Origin: Oculina patagonica
Lineage: Eukaryota
Length of the DNA stretch: 64,000 nucleotides
Direction of reading: 5' to 3'
Assembly: GCF_052425735.1 (NCBI RefSeq)
Contig: NC_135759.1
Span: 42,532,001-42,596,000, forward strand
This document shows, piece by piece, positions 1-11,441 of this stretch. Under the pieces are notes generated by a model, which was not told where the DNA came from, did not search any database, and saw nothing but the letters and a program-made list of their open reading frames with translations. The position numbers and the translations under genes are program-made. The stretch's first letter is position 1. The number at the start of each line of letters is the position of its first letter.

Positions 1-221
1 CCACACCTCCCACTGTAAAGAAGGTGTGCATGGCTGACGATATTCAATTCTTTCTTGACTGCTAACAATTTTTTTTAAAGAAAGTATACTTCGGTTAAGT
101 GCAAGCCAATTTTTGATACTGCTAGTACTTGTTGAAAACTTTACTTGTTGAAAACTTAACCCTGAGCAGTTAACCATCATGTAGTAACAAACATGACATT
201 AACCCAAATCACAAAACTTAC

Positions 222-2298
222 CAACTGGAGGAGTCGCGGCAGCCACCTTCTGCTCCTTGCTGTCCACTTTAACAGAAGTGTCACTTAGTATTCTTGACAT
301 GCGAGGTGCAGGCTTGGGTAAGGTACCAAACTGAGACGGCACCCTTGAGCGTGGTCTGGGTGCTGGGGCCCTCCTTACAGCAGGGCTCTTATCCGTAACA
401 CTGTTGGGAGCTTGGTTCTGTAATAGGCTTGGAGAAGAGCTTACCTTTGGAACAGGTACCACCTCTTTCTTTTCATTTGATGGACCTTGCTCTGGAGTAA
501 TCATGGTTTCCTCAGAGGGCTCCAGGTAAACATGATTCAACACTTCTGCCTGATCTTTCTTTAGGTCCTTCTCCTTAGGGGGAAGGGGAGGCGCATCATT
601 TTGACTTTCCATATCAGGAACGGAGACACCAGAACTAATATCGACCACTTTATATGGCCTCGTTACAGGTTTCAATGTTGTATTCACATAAACAGGACCA
701 CTTCCCATTGCAATAGACTGCCCATTATTGGTCTGGGTGGTAAGCGCCTCAGAAGGAGGTTTGTCAACGTTGGCAGTAAATTTTCCAGCTACTTTTTCTG
801 CAACCATAGCTTCGCTGCTGGTTTCGTGAAAATCGGACGTGCTACAACTGTCCCAAGTGCTACTTCCCCATGAACTACTCGATGTTCCACTGGACTCAAT
901 ATTAAAAATACTACGGCCAGTTTCACTAAAAACTACTGGCATGTCTGCAGCACTAACTTCTTCAGGTTTAACATGTTCAAGCATATCAGTACTGTTGCCT
1001 GAGGCACTATGAGATGAATCACTCCTGATCGACTTGCGGGTATTTTCATACCCTGAATCTTGGCTGCTAGAGATTGTACTTTCACTGCTCGAGCTAGACG
1101 GCCTATTTACGTAAAATGGCTCAGTGGTAGAAGATTTTAAACCAATAATCTTGTTAGGATTATCATTCAATTTGTCACAGTCGCCAGGTTCTTGAGTGGT
1201 GGCCTTATTTGTGTCGCCCATCTCGTTTGTAATTACACACAATGGATTGCAAAATTCTAACACACCAGAAGAATTTTCTTCGTCAGTTTGAGAATCACAT
1301 GCAACAATCGCTTGATTGTCACTGCTCGCTTTTTCTCGTAAATCTAAATTGACTTCGCAGTTTGGTTCCAAAACATCTGTCTCGTGTAGTTCATTATGCA
1401 CAGATTCGACATCAAAGAAAGCTATGTTGCTTTTCATCGGGACATATTCATCCAAATCACTCTCGTCTTCGTCCACAATTTTACACGCTGAAAGGTCTGT
1501 TTCGGTTTGAAATGAATCCACAACGACCGCATTATTCGAAGAAACGACTCTGTCACTGTCGTTAAGATCTGAAAGTTCCTCCTCATTCTCCGGATCGTTT
1601 ACGTCCATCGCGCCTTCTTCGTGATCTTCTGTCTCGCAGACTGATTTAATACTTGGTTTGTTTGTTTCCTCCAATTCTTTATCGTGATCTAATATTGAAA
1701 GCACAGGCTCTTCAGAGTTTTCTAAAGAGTTTGCGTTACACTGTGGTCTATTGTGGGAATTCCCAAGAGTATTCTCCAGCGGTATGGTAGCATTTAACAC
1801 ATTCGCGGCTGGTTCTTGTGGGCTTTCGTCGCGACTTATCGCACCAAAGCCAAATTCTACCGCTCGTGAAGACGGTCTAGGCTTCGGCCTAGGTGCTGGT
1901 TTGGGTTTATTAGAAACAGACGGTTTAGAATTTTGTTCTTTTTTAACGGCATCGCTCACAATGCAACGATCTTTGGTGTCCAAAATGGCGTGAGTTGTGC
2001 AAGATGCGATGGATTTAATGTCATTCACACCATTTTCTAGGCCATGTTCCTTTTTTCCTTGTCCCTCTTTTAATAAATAATCCGTCTTTTCGACATTCGA
2101 AGCACTGACATTTTGATTTCTTTGGCTTTGAGGAAGAATCAAAGCTCGCTGGGGTTTGCAGTTGGCGGTAGTACAACCGGCGTCTTCATGCGTTCCAATT
2201 CTGTGGGCAGCGTTTTGATGTTTGTCTCGTGATTGAAAACAGTTCGCACACTTGCCTTTCCTCCAGAGCTGTTCCACAAAATTATCGCAGCTAGCCAT
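222..2298 (-). CDS. First coding exon of a PEAK1/PRAG1 (SgK269/SgK223)-like pseudokinase scaffold; gene continues beyond window start
   Basis: ~690-aa ORF. N-terminus MASCDNFVEQLWRKGKCANCF resembles the PEAK1/pragmin start (MSAC..F.EH.WKPG.CKNCF). Long disordered Ser/Glu/Pro region with RPYKVVDIS, PPLPPK and YVN/YEN motifs. GTAAG donor on the minus strand at 221. Confidence 0.75.
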
Positions 2299-3562
2299 TG
2301 CTACTTACATTTTTCACAGAGTTCCACCATTTTCGAGCCAATTTTTCGCGTAGGAAGCGCAGTTTAAATATCAGAAAGACGACATAAAATATACCAAACA
2401 CCCACAGAGACATCTGACAGCAGGGAAACACAAAGGACGTTCACAGGACGAAGGATAGAAGACTGGGATCCAAAGAGGAAAAAGAGGGAGGGTCCACTTC
2501 CGGTAAAAACAATCGTTGAATGACCTCAGACCTCAGACGGAAATACATTTCGCAAATGATAAATAAATAAAATGTCTTAGGAAGTGGGCAGCGCGTTTAA
2601 TTTTTAGGTTATTCCGCGCTCCTAACGCCTCTAGCATAGGATATTTATTATTTTCAAAACAAACTTTCTAAATTCAATGGAAAGTGCTTGGCAGGGATTA
2701 GCTCCACGCGAAAACAAACCGGTATTTCCGATTTATATTATTCTTGGACGGAAGAGGTTCAAAAGCGACAACTTCCGATTCCTCCGTAAAATTTTGGACC
2801 TGGCATTTATAAGACGCCAACCACAAGATGCTCTGGCTTGGCAACAATACAACATTTTTCTTTTCTCATTTCATACACACACAAAAAATCAATATTTTTT
2901 TACAGTTCCGACGTTAAAAATTCCTTGAAGAATTTAGTCGGAAAGAAGAAAGACGAGCCGCTCCTTTTCTTGTATCATAAGAACATTGTTTAGATTTCTA
3001 GACATAACATGCGCAACATCTATAAAACAAAGGATAAATCAATTCAGTAATTAACTTGATCGACAGTTCCGAATTTTTTTCGTATTACAAAATTCTGAAA
3101 AGCATTCAAGGTCAACTCAGGTTATCTGATATTAGAAGGAAAGAAAAATTTAAAACAATGTCGAACACCAGCGAAATTACACCCGAAAAGAGAAAAAAAT
3201 TTCTTATAATAGTCATAAATGACTGGTTATAAATGACTGGTTAGGAGTACCTCTTCTTCAAAAACTTATCATACACACTACTTTATTGTTTATACAGTAT
3301 ACAGAAGAATCCAAGAGTCACATACACCCCCTGCTGGGAGAAAAGAGGTGGGTGTTGAACGGAATCTTTGGTGGGGCTGGCTTTTTTTCCACCTACAACA
3401 GCTTGACCTGTTAAAGATAAAAGCTCATTTCCTTTCCTACGGTTTTGCAATGTTTACATCCTGCAGTTAAAGCAATGGAACATATTTGCTTTGTTCAAGA
3501 CTTCCTAACAAGATTAAGACACTAAAAAGGCAGATAATTAAATAGTGATATCCCTATGATAC

Positions 3563-3782
3563 TAGACTGTCCAGAGCCTCTCTACTTTTCAACGCAAAAA
3601 AGCAGAAAAAGGCAAGAGAATCGACGAGCGAAGCGAGAGTGAGCGCGAAGCGCGGGGGAGTATTTTTTCGCTTCCCGCCCTCACCCCCTCGCGCCGACCC
3701 CTCCCGTTTTTCGCTGGCGTCCAGTTCTCTCGCCGTTCTTTTCCCGCGCTCATCGATCGAAACTGAGGGCTGTGAACATGTA
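3563..3782. mobile_element. Small non-autonomous TIR element (MITE)
   Basis: Imperfect inverted ends TAGACTGTCCAGAGCCTC ... GAGGGCTGTGAACATGTA; GC-rich self-complementary interior. Confidence 0.5.
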
Positions 3783-3902
3783 CAGCGGTCAAAACATTAT
3801 AACAAAGCTCGTGCAATTCGATCGCAAAGCCATCAGAAACTACTACTATAAACAAAAAAAAACTAAAAAAATGTTGTCAACAGTGTCATTTTGTGTAATT
3901 AA

Positions 3903-3937
3903 CACAAACGTTTCGGGCATAGCCCTTCATCAGTGTG
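3903..3937 (-). ncRNA. Minimal hammerhead ribozyme (inverted copy in Penelope tail)
   Basis: Reverse complement reads CACA-CUGAUGA-A-GGGC-UAU-GCCC-GAAA-CG-UU-UGUG. Confidence 0.8.
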
Positions 3938-5289
3938 AAAACCGTTTTCCAATGTGTGTACGCGATCGCATGTTGAACTAACCTGCTGACCTTGAACTTA
4001 CTGACGCTGAAAAATCAGTACTTAGTAAAGGCCTAACCTTTGTCCCGGTTGGAAACAGCATAAATGAGTACAAAACCAAAGCTGACTGTGAGAAGTTTTA
4101 TCGCCGCCTCCGGCTTAAGGCCCATTTTAATGATCGGGAAAGTAATGAAAACGGAACAACTTCAGAAGATTGCTTTGCGAAATTTAATCCCAAAGTCTCT
4201 ACCTGGACCCCTCCCGAGGGTAAATTCTCTGCAGTAGACCATTACATCGATCGGTGTCGTCGATCCGTTAACACGTTGAACTTTGAAGCGAAAACTTCAT
4301 ACAACAACCTATCACAGCCTGAGAAAGAGGCACTTAAAAGCCTAACGAAAAGGAACGATATTATCATCAAGCCTGCTGACAAAGGAAGGGCAGTTGTTGT
4401 CTGGTCACGCCCTCTATACATACAAGAGGCCGAACGTCAGTTATCAGACGGTCGTTTCTATGAACGTGTCGACCGCGATCCATTGAAGCAATACCAAACC
4501 AAAGTTAAAGCCACTGTGGAGGAGATGATCTCGAGTAACGAACTTCAACCTTCAGCAAAAAATCTTATCGTCACCACACCTCGCACGTCCCGTTTCTACT
4601 TGCTTTCCAAAATACACAAACCCAACAATCCTGGACGACCAATTGTGTCGGCATGTAACTGTCCAACGGACAACATCGCCGCCTTACTTGATGAAGTAAT
4701 GTCGCCCCTAGTGGCCAACTTAACCACTTACGTCAAGGACACTAACCATGCCTTGGAAATTGTCGACTCATTTGAAATCAACAATTCCAATGTCTGTGGT
4801 TTGCAGGCGTTGTCTTATATCCTCGATAAGCGCCCGGTGCTCGAACCACCAACATCAACATTAACCCGTCTTGCTTTTTCGTTTAACAACCAGCATTACC
4901 GCCAAGTTGGTGGGGTAGCGATGGGTAGCAAAATGGGCCCGAATTACGCATGCCTCTTTGTAGGATACATGGAGGAGCAAATCCTTTCCACCTACAGAGG
5001 GTTCATTCCGCAACTTCACAAACGCTACATCGATGATCGTTGGAGCAGCCCCGTGCCGTCGAGAGGAACTGGAGGACTTCATAACACATGTATCAACCTA
5101 CCATCCCGCTCTGCAGTTCACGCACACAATTTCTCAAACACAGCTCCCTTTTCTAGACATAACACTCAGCATCTCTGGCAGTAAAATTTGCACGTCAGCC
5201 TACTACAAAGAAACCGACACTCACAACTACCTACACTACACCTCATCTCATCCTCAGCACTGCAAAAACAGCATTCCTTACACCCAGTT

Positions 5290-5480
5290 TCTGCGCCTCC
5301 GCCGTCTCTGCTCAGAGGACGATGATTTTGTTGAAAAATGTGAAGAAATGACCACCTTCTTCGCAGACCGTGGCTATCCATCGATCGGATGGATAGCCAC
5401 GGTCTGCGAAGAAGGTGGTCATTTCTTCACATTTTTCAACAAAATCATCGTCCTCTGAGCAGAGACGGTGGAGGCGCAGA
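5290..5480. repeat. ~93-bp-arm inverted duplication (fold-back) inside the Penelope ORF
   Basis: 5388-5480 is the near-perfect reverse complement of 5290-5382, with a ~5-nt spacer. Confidence 0.9.
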
Positions 5481-6151
5481 GATAAATAACTTTACTGCGC
5501 AATGATCGTGAAAGAGTGAATTCCATCTCACGCCAGGAGGCACTCGAAAAACGTGTCAGGCATAGCGAAGAAAGGATCCCTCTCGTACTAACCTACCACC
5601 CCCTAAGTTCACGCATTAAGCACATTTTGCTTAACAACTTTAACATCCTGATGAGTGACCCAACGACTGCAGCAATATTTCCAGCACCACCTATTGTTGC
5701 ATATCGACGCGATTGCAGCCTAAGAGATCTCCTGGTACATACCTTCGACCGCTGTGCGACAGACCAACCAGGAACATTCGCGTGTGAACACCCGCGCTGC
5801 CACACATGCCAGTACACCACATCCGATGTACATGTACCCGGACCGAAATGCTCAACTACCATCCGCGAGCACTTCAACTGCAAATCGGAGAACATTGTCT
5901 ACTGCATCTCATGCCGTCGATGTTTAAGGCTTTACATTGGGGGAACTGGACGTTCTCTCTGCGAGCGTTTCGGAGAACACCTACGAAGCGTTGAAAAGAA
6001 CACACCCGGTTTCCCTGTAGCGGAACATTTCAACTCCCCCGGCCACACTCTATCAGACATTGAAGTTAGAGGACTAAGAATGTGTTCTGGTTCCGGAGCG
6101 CGACGGAAGCAACTTGAAATGAAAAGCATTTTTAAGCTCGGTTCAATGCAA

Positions 6152-6274
6152 TGTCGATCCAGCCTACAGACAGTGAAATTTGGCGTACCACAAGGATCTG
6201 TCCTTGGTCCTCTACTTTTTGCATTGTTCTGCAACGATCTGCCAATGTATGCTGATGACACAACCATCTACGTC

Positions 6275-6309
<35 letters not shown>

Positions 6310-7273
6310 AACCATCTACGTCGCGGCCACAAGTCCGGACATGGTAGCCACCGTGCTAAATTACATCTTACGGAAATTATATCGCTGGTGTTGTCAAAAT
6401 TTGCTGACGCCACACCCGGGAAAAACAGAATATATGCTGCTATACCGAGGATCATTTACTGGCCCTTTACAAAGCATTAAGCTTGGGGAAAATAACATCA
6501 GGCAAGTCACTTCAGCTAGGTGTCTAGGTGTCCAAATAGACAGTGCACTCAAATGGAACATTCATGTCAAAGAACTGTGTAAACGTTTCACCCAGAAACT
6601 GAACCTTTTAAGATCATTGTATTTTTTGCCAATTCCTGCGAGAGTAGACTTTTATTTTAAAGTAATTTTACCGTCTGTAATGTACGGTATGATAGTCTGG
6701 GGGTCGTGTGGCTCAACACTTTTTAGTGACTTAGAAAAAATCCATGTGCGTGCCGCCAAGATAATTTTCGGCTTAGACTGGTTCACCCCTTCAGAAGACG
6801 TACTGCGTCAAGCAAAGTGGATACCATTGAGGCAAATGTACATCCGCAGGGTACTTTGTTTTGTCTTCAAATGTGTATCTGGAGGTGCTCCGGTCCAATT
6901 ACAACACTTGTGGACGGAGCAGAAGACTAATTACAATCTTAGAAGGAAAAATTGCTTGTCAGTACCAAGACCAAAGACTGACTTTCTCAAAAAGTCGATT
7001 ACTTATGAAGGGGCCACATTATGGAATTCTTTGAATAACGAGGCCCGCCTTAAAGAATCGTTGGCAAGTTTCAAGGGTGCTTTGAAAGTATTAGGGATTT
7101 AGAGGTTGTGTATTTTTGTTTGTTTGGAATGCTTAGTTTGTAGTCTTTACTTGTTATTTAAGGGTTTAGTTAGATTCAATAGTAATTTGTAAACACGACC
7201 ACATCAGCTATGCTGCAAAACATTTATCGTGTATAAATAAAAGCTTTTATTATTATTTATTTTATTATTATTA
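6152..7273 (+). mobile_element. 5'-truncated CR1/L2-group LINE nested in the Penelope endonuclease C-terminus
   Basis: GVPQGSVLGPLLF, YADD, RCLGVQID, YNLR motifs; AATAAA plus (TTA)n tail. Penelope frame IFKLGSMQ resumes after it as PLGLNNAFHFI*. Confidence 0.88.
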
Positions 7274-7397
7274 ACCGCTGGGCTTGAACAATGCTTTTCA
7301 TTTCATTTAAACTGGGCGCGCGCGCTCAGGTTTCCGCGCGCTCTTGGGACTTTTAAATCCAACATGCGATCGCGTACACACATTGGAAAACGGTTTT

Positions 7398-7432
7398 CAC
7401 ACTGATGAAGGGCTATGCCCGAAACGTTTGTG
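7398..7432 (+). ncRNA. Minimal type I hammerhead ribozyme in the Penelope pLTR
   Basis: CACA-CUGAUGA-A-GGGC-UAU-GCCC-GAAA-CG-UU-UGUG: intact core, 4-bp helix II, CACA/UGUG helix I, palindromic remnant of helix III. Confidence 0.82.
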
Positions 7433-8102
7433 TTAATTACACAAAATGACTCTGTTGACAACATTTTTTTTTTTAGTTTTTTTTGTTTATAGTACTAATT
7501 TCAAAGTGTCACGCATCTACTGGGAATTTTTTAACCCGCATTTGTCAAGCCATCAGAAACACCAATTTATGACGTCAAAAAGCTCAAAGCTCGTTCCATT
7601 CTAGCGCGCGGTCATTATGAAAACGTTTTCATGGAGCCTTCGCAAATAATCTCCGTAGTTTTTGCTGTACATATTTCGCGCTCAAAGCACAGAAAGTAAT
7701 TTTTCCCTTAAAATAACTTAGTAATGGATAAATATAAAAGCGAATTATAAGAAGGCATCGTAAATTCGTTATTCATCAGAGCTGGCGCATAAGGGATGAA
7801 AAGACCGTTTCCCCGGCACTATACTTGACCATCTTGCTCAAGAGAGGTTTCTTGGGAAGCATTTACAAAGTACTGAACAGAAGCGCAAGCGGCAGCGCTT
7901 TAAAATTTAACTTCCTGGTCCTTAGCGAAAAGGACATCGCAAACGACAAACGCAGCTTCCACATTTTACATGCCGCTGATCATACGTACTGCATGTACTT
8001 GAAATCATCGCCAGTGAAAAAGTCAAATCGAGTGTGTCGCCTATATAAAGCGCCCAGGCCCCGCGCGGACAGTCAAAAATAGTTCTGCTGCTATGCTAAG
8101 GC

Positions 8103-8737
8103 TTCGCAGCAACAACTAAAATGTATTAAACTAGTGGTAATCACAGGTTAGAAAGTGCGGGCCTCGATGCAGTTAAGAGAAGGTACTGGGAGGGAAGTGT
8201 TTTTGTTAATTTGGAAAATTACTTCGAGTCGAAGTTTTTAGGACGTTTTCCAGAAGTTGGCATAACTGTGGTACATAATTGAGATTTCTTTTATAAACTG
8301 CGGTTGCTTATTGGGAGTCTGTCCACCGAGAATAACTGTATCTCAATGTGTGCGAAATTATGTTGATTTTTTTACGTGTTTGATATTACCAATCATATGT
8401 TGACAAGTTTGCCATGTTTCAATGGTGAATAAGCCAAAGTTTATCAATATTAAATTTTTCAGACAGTGTCGATAAATCACTGGACAAAAGAAAATTATTC
8501 CGAGTAAGGTCGAGTAACGCGTCACGCTTAAGTCACGAATGTTTTTTATCGTTTCCTATTGCCGCGAACCAATCAGAGTTGTTTTTTTTGATTGACAGTT
8601 TTGCGGAGTGTATTCGAGCACGCAGTGTGAATTGAGATGTGATTTTCCTCCGTCGGCAAACTCGCCTTGTTGTCAGTGTTATAAGGAATTTCTCGAGAAT
8701 AACCGTTGTTCGCAGCAACAACTAAAATGTATTAAAC
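8103..8737. mobile_element. ~580-bp non-coding insertion flanked by a perfect 29-bp direct repeat
   Basis: TTCGCAGCAACAACTAAAATGTATTAAAC at 8103-8131 and 8709-8737. Confidence 0.55.
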
Positions 8738-10017
8738 AAACTTTGCCCCCCCCCCCCCCCAAAAAAAGTAAAGTTTGTTTACGAACACATTAAACAATTA
8801 CGAATACATTTTAGTTGTGTAATCCATTTCGTTTATTTTTGACCGCTTACGCCGTCAGACTCGTCAGGATCAATTTGCCGTCTGTATTTTCCGTTTTAAC
8901 TAAGTTACTGATCCAGGTCTTTAAGAGATCTGGTACCACTCATCTGTTTGTCACTGTGATATTGCAGATTTGTTATTGTATCGATATCGTTTTGATAAAC
9001 TTGTATCGGCCACCCTGCTACGTATTCTATTTTTGCTTTCCTTATGGGCGTCGGTGCAAAGCGGCTACCAACTGCCACAAGAATCCAAAGATTATGCCTC
9101 CGAAATCTCTGGATGGCGATTCCGCGCGAGCCCCTAAGGTCTCACGTGCCAGTGGCGGCAAAGGCCCTTTTATCGAACGAAGAACACCTGCAGATTAAAT
9201 CAAAGACATCTGTACTTTCATTGTGGGAGATAATCTTGTAATGCGCATGCGTAATACAATGTGGGTCTTAAAGTCCAACAGCGAGGAAAGAACACACTTT
9301 TTCTATTGTTAGCTCAACAATATCGTCTTCTGATTCCTGCACGAAGATTCTTGTTTATGTTGTGCGAAAAAAAAGATCACTGAAAAACGCGGTCCGAAAG
9401 AAGTATGAAATCGCCAAAGCTGCAAGCTACAATTGTAGCTCAGTCCCAGGATTTCTATTCGTGGCCGCGTCGCTGGAACGAGGTCGATATAGCTTCACTT
9501 CGAAAGTATTTTTTTCTTATCTGCTTGTATTGTTGGATTAAGATTACCTGGGGAAAAGCTCCTTTTCAGACTTTTCAGCATACCTGACTTCAATCACAAG
9601 ATTTGGATACAATTTTCAGTCTTTATGATCTTTTATTTACAATCAAAACGGAACCGAAAAATCGAATTGGAGACCGTGCGCATAGACGGATAAAGTCCGA
9701 ATTCTATTTGATTGAATAAACAAAGTACTTATACGCTGGCTGTATGCCACGTCTTATGGTAACTGAAGAACCTTATAAAGTTATTCTGAGACCTCGTGAT
9801 CAGTGACTGAAAATCGAGGTCTTGTTTGCTTTCTCGGTATATTTGTCTTCGTGATATTTCCCCTTGCGTGCCCGGAGCTAAGTATCTTGCTGCGCATAAT
9901 TACCATAATTGAAATTTGTTCAAGCAGGTGTTAAAAGCTGCCCATTTCATTACCGAAGATTATTTTGTACTAGCTTGCACATTGTACTGTCGGACTGATT
10001 GCTAAACCGGTACCACT

Positions 10018-11441
10018 ATGAGTGAAGGTTAGTTTACAACTCTTCTTGATTTGCTTGCTAATAATCCTCTGTGAAAGTTTTCTTGATGCTAGAGTGCAAT
10101 TAATGTCATTAATTGCTTGCTCTAGTATTCTAGCCACAGCTGGCCACACATGACCGTGCTCTTGATGGAACAGAAAACACAACTCAGTCATGCTTATACT
10201 GCTCATTCCGGTAGTCTTCTTTTAGTTCGTCTATTCTTGATTCTCGCTATACCACAGAGACCACTGTGACAAGTACAGTTAACTTCAGTGTAACTTCGTT
10301 GCCTATACTAAGCCTGTTTCCTTGCATCTTGTATCAATATAACACTAGCATATCGTCCTCAGTGCTTCTAAGTGAACATACATACAAAAAGAACTAGTGA
10401 CAATGCAGTTGCACACAGCCTTTTCACAGACATTGTTTACTGTATATTCAGTTGATTGTAGAAATTGAGTTTTTTTGTTTGATACGGTTCGAGTATTTGC
10501 CCCCGACCACGCTCCACAAGCCAACCGCATTAATTTAGGTCCCGGCCTCGCAGCACTTGAGATGCTTTAAATAAGTTTGTGTTCGATTTTACTGAAGTAT
10601 TTGGTTCCTTTGAAAACTTGGACTAAAGTAAATGATTTGTTTCTAAACTCTAACTTAGAATAGCGAGAGTGGTGATTACTGTAAAGTAACGTCGTATTTG
10701 TATAAAGCTGGCACAGCTCAAAACACCGCTCAAAAGGAGTTCGAAGGCTAAAGCGTTCAAGCTCGTGAGGTCATTCCGCGTGATGTTTGTAACGACTTCA
10801 GTCCAAAAACGTTCAGTTTGCTCGCTGTGAAGTTAAACAAAGTGTGAACATGTAGAGTAGAACTGGTCCGGCAAGGGCATCTGCCGGTTGGAGTCGAGAA
10901 TTATTTTTCTGTGGAGCGGGATTTCATACTCACTGCTCGGAGAACAAACGTGTTATATTGGAGCACTAAAGTGAAACGATTGAGCTCTTAAGCGTGATTG
11001 ATTTAGACTTTGGGCTCGGGAGTCCCGCTTGCAATTGGTCTAAGATCAAGAACTCTGTCTGAAGCCGAGAACCTGACAAAATGCACTTTGTTCTCTGCGG
11101 TAGGGCGTTTAATAAAGTGACTCTGATGAGAGGAGGCCTCATATCATTTACCCTACTTCTGCAGGATTTTACACTGCGTGTAAGATACGTCACGCAAGCA
11201 AAGCCCAAAAAGGCCGTGATGTAATGATATCTCCTAATGACTCACACAGCAGTTTTGTTTTAAACTGTTTTCCGTAGATCCTTGTAAATGTGGTCCGGGG
11301 TATGCCACCCCACTGGACGCCATGAAAGGTCCCAGGGAGAAGATACTTTATTTGCCGTGTATCCGTAGTAACACGGGGATAGAGAAACCCGACTACCTTG
11401 CCACTGTTGATGTAGATCCAGATTCTGCTTCTTACAGCCAG
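10018..11441 (+). pseudogene. SELENBP1: SELENBP1 partial duplicate, copy 1: exon 1 (10018-10027) and exon 2 (11278-11441)
   Basis: ATGAGTGAAG|gt ... ag|ATCCTTGTAAATGTGGT..CCAG|gt encodes [49 protein letters not shown]. No exon 3 within the unit. Could be alternative first exons rather than a pseudogene. Confidence 0.75.

Larger units (their letters stand above)
3841..7546 (+). mobile_element. Penelope-like retroelement (RT + Cys linker + GIY-YIG; Neptune/Nematis-like), degenerate, with inverted 5' tail
   Basis: RT motifs IIIKPADKG, KIHKP..PGRPIVS, GVAMGSKMGP, YIDD (frameshift near 5035). Linker CEHPRCHTC; endonuclease NIVYCISC..C..LYIG.TGR. 3844-3975 is an inverted copy of ~7360-7494. 14-bp TSD AAGCCATCAGAAAC at 3827-3840 and 7547-7560. 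Confidence 0.92.

Noticed and set aside
6277-6307. Functional poly-lysine tract
   Set aside because: It is the translation of a poly(A) insertion flanked by a TSD.
11123-11150. Hammerhead-like CTGATGAG-AGG-AGG-CCT (also in repeat copies 2 and 3)
   Set aside because: No GAAA box or cleavage helix follows.
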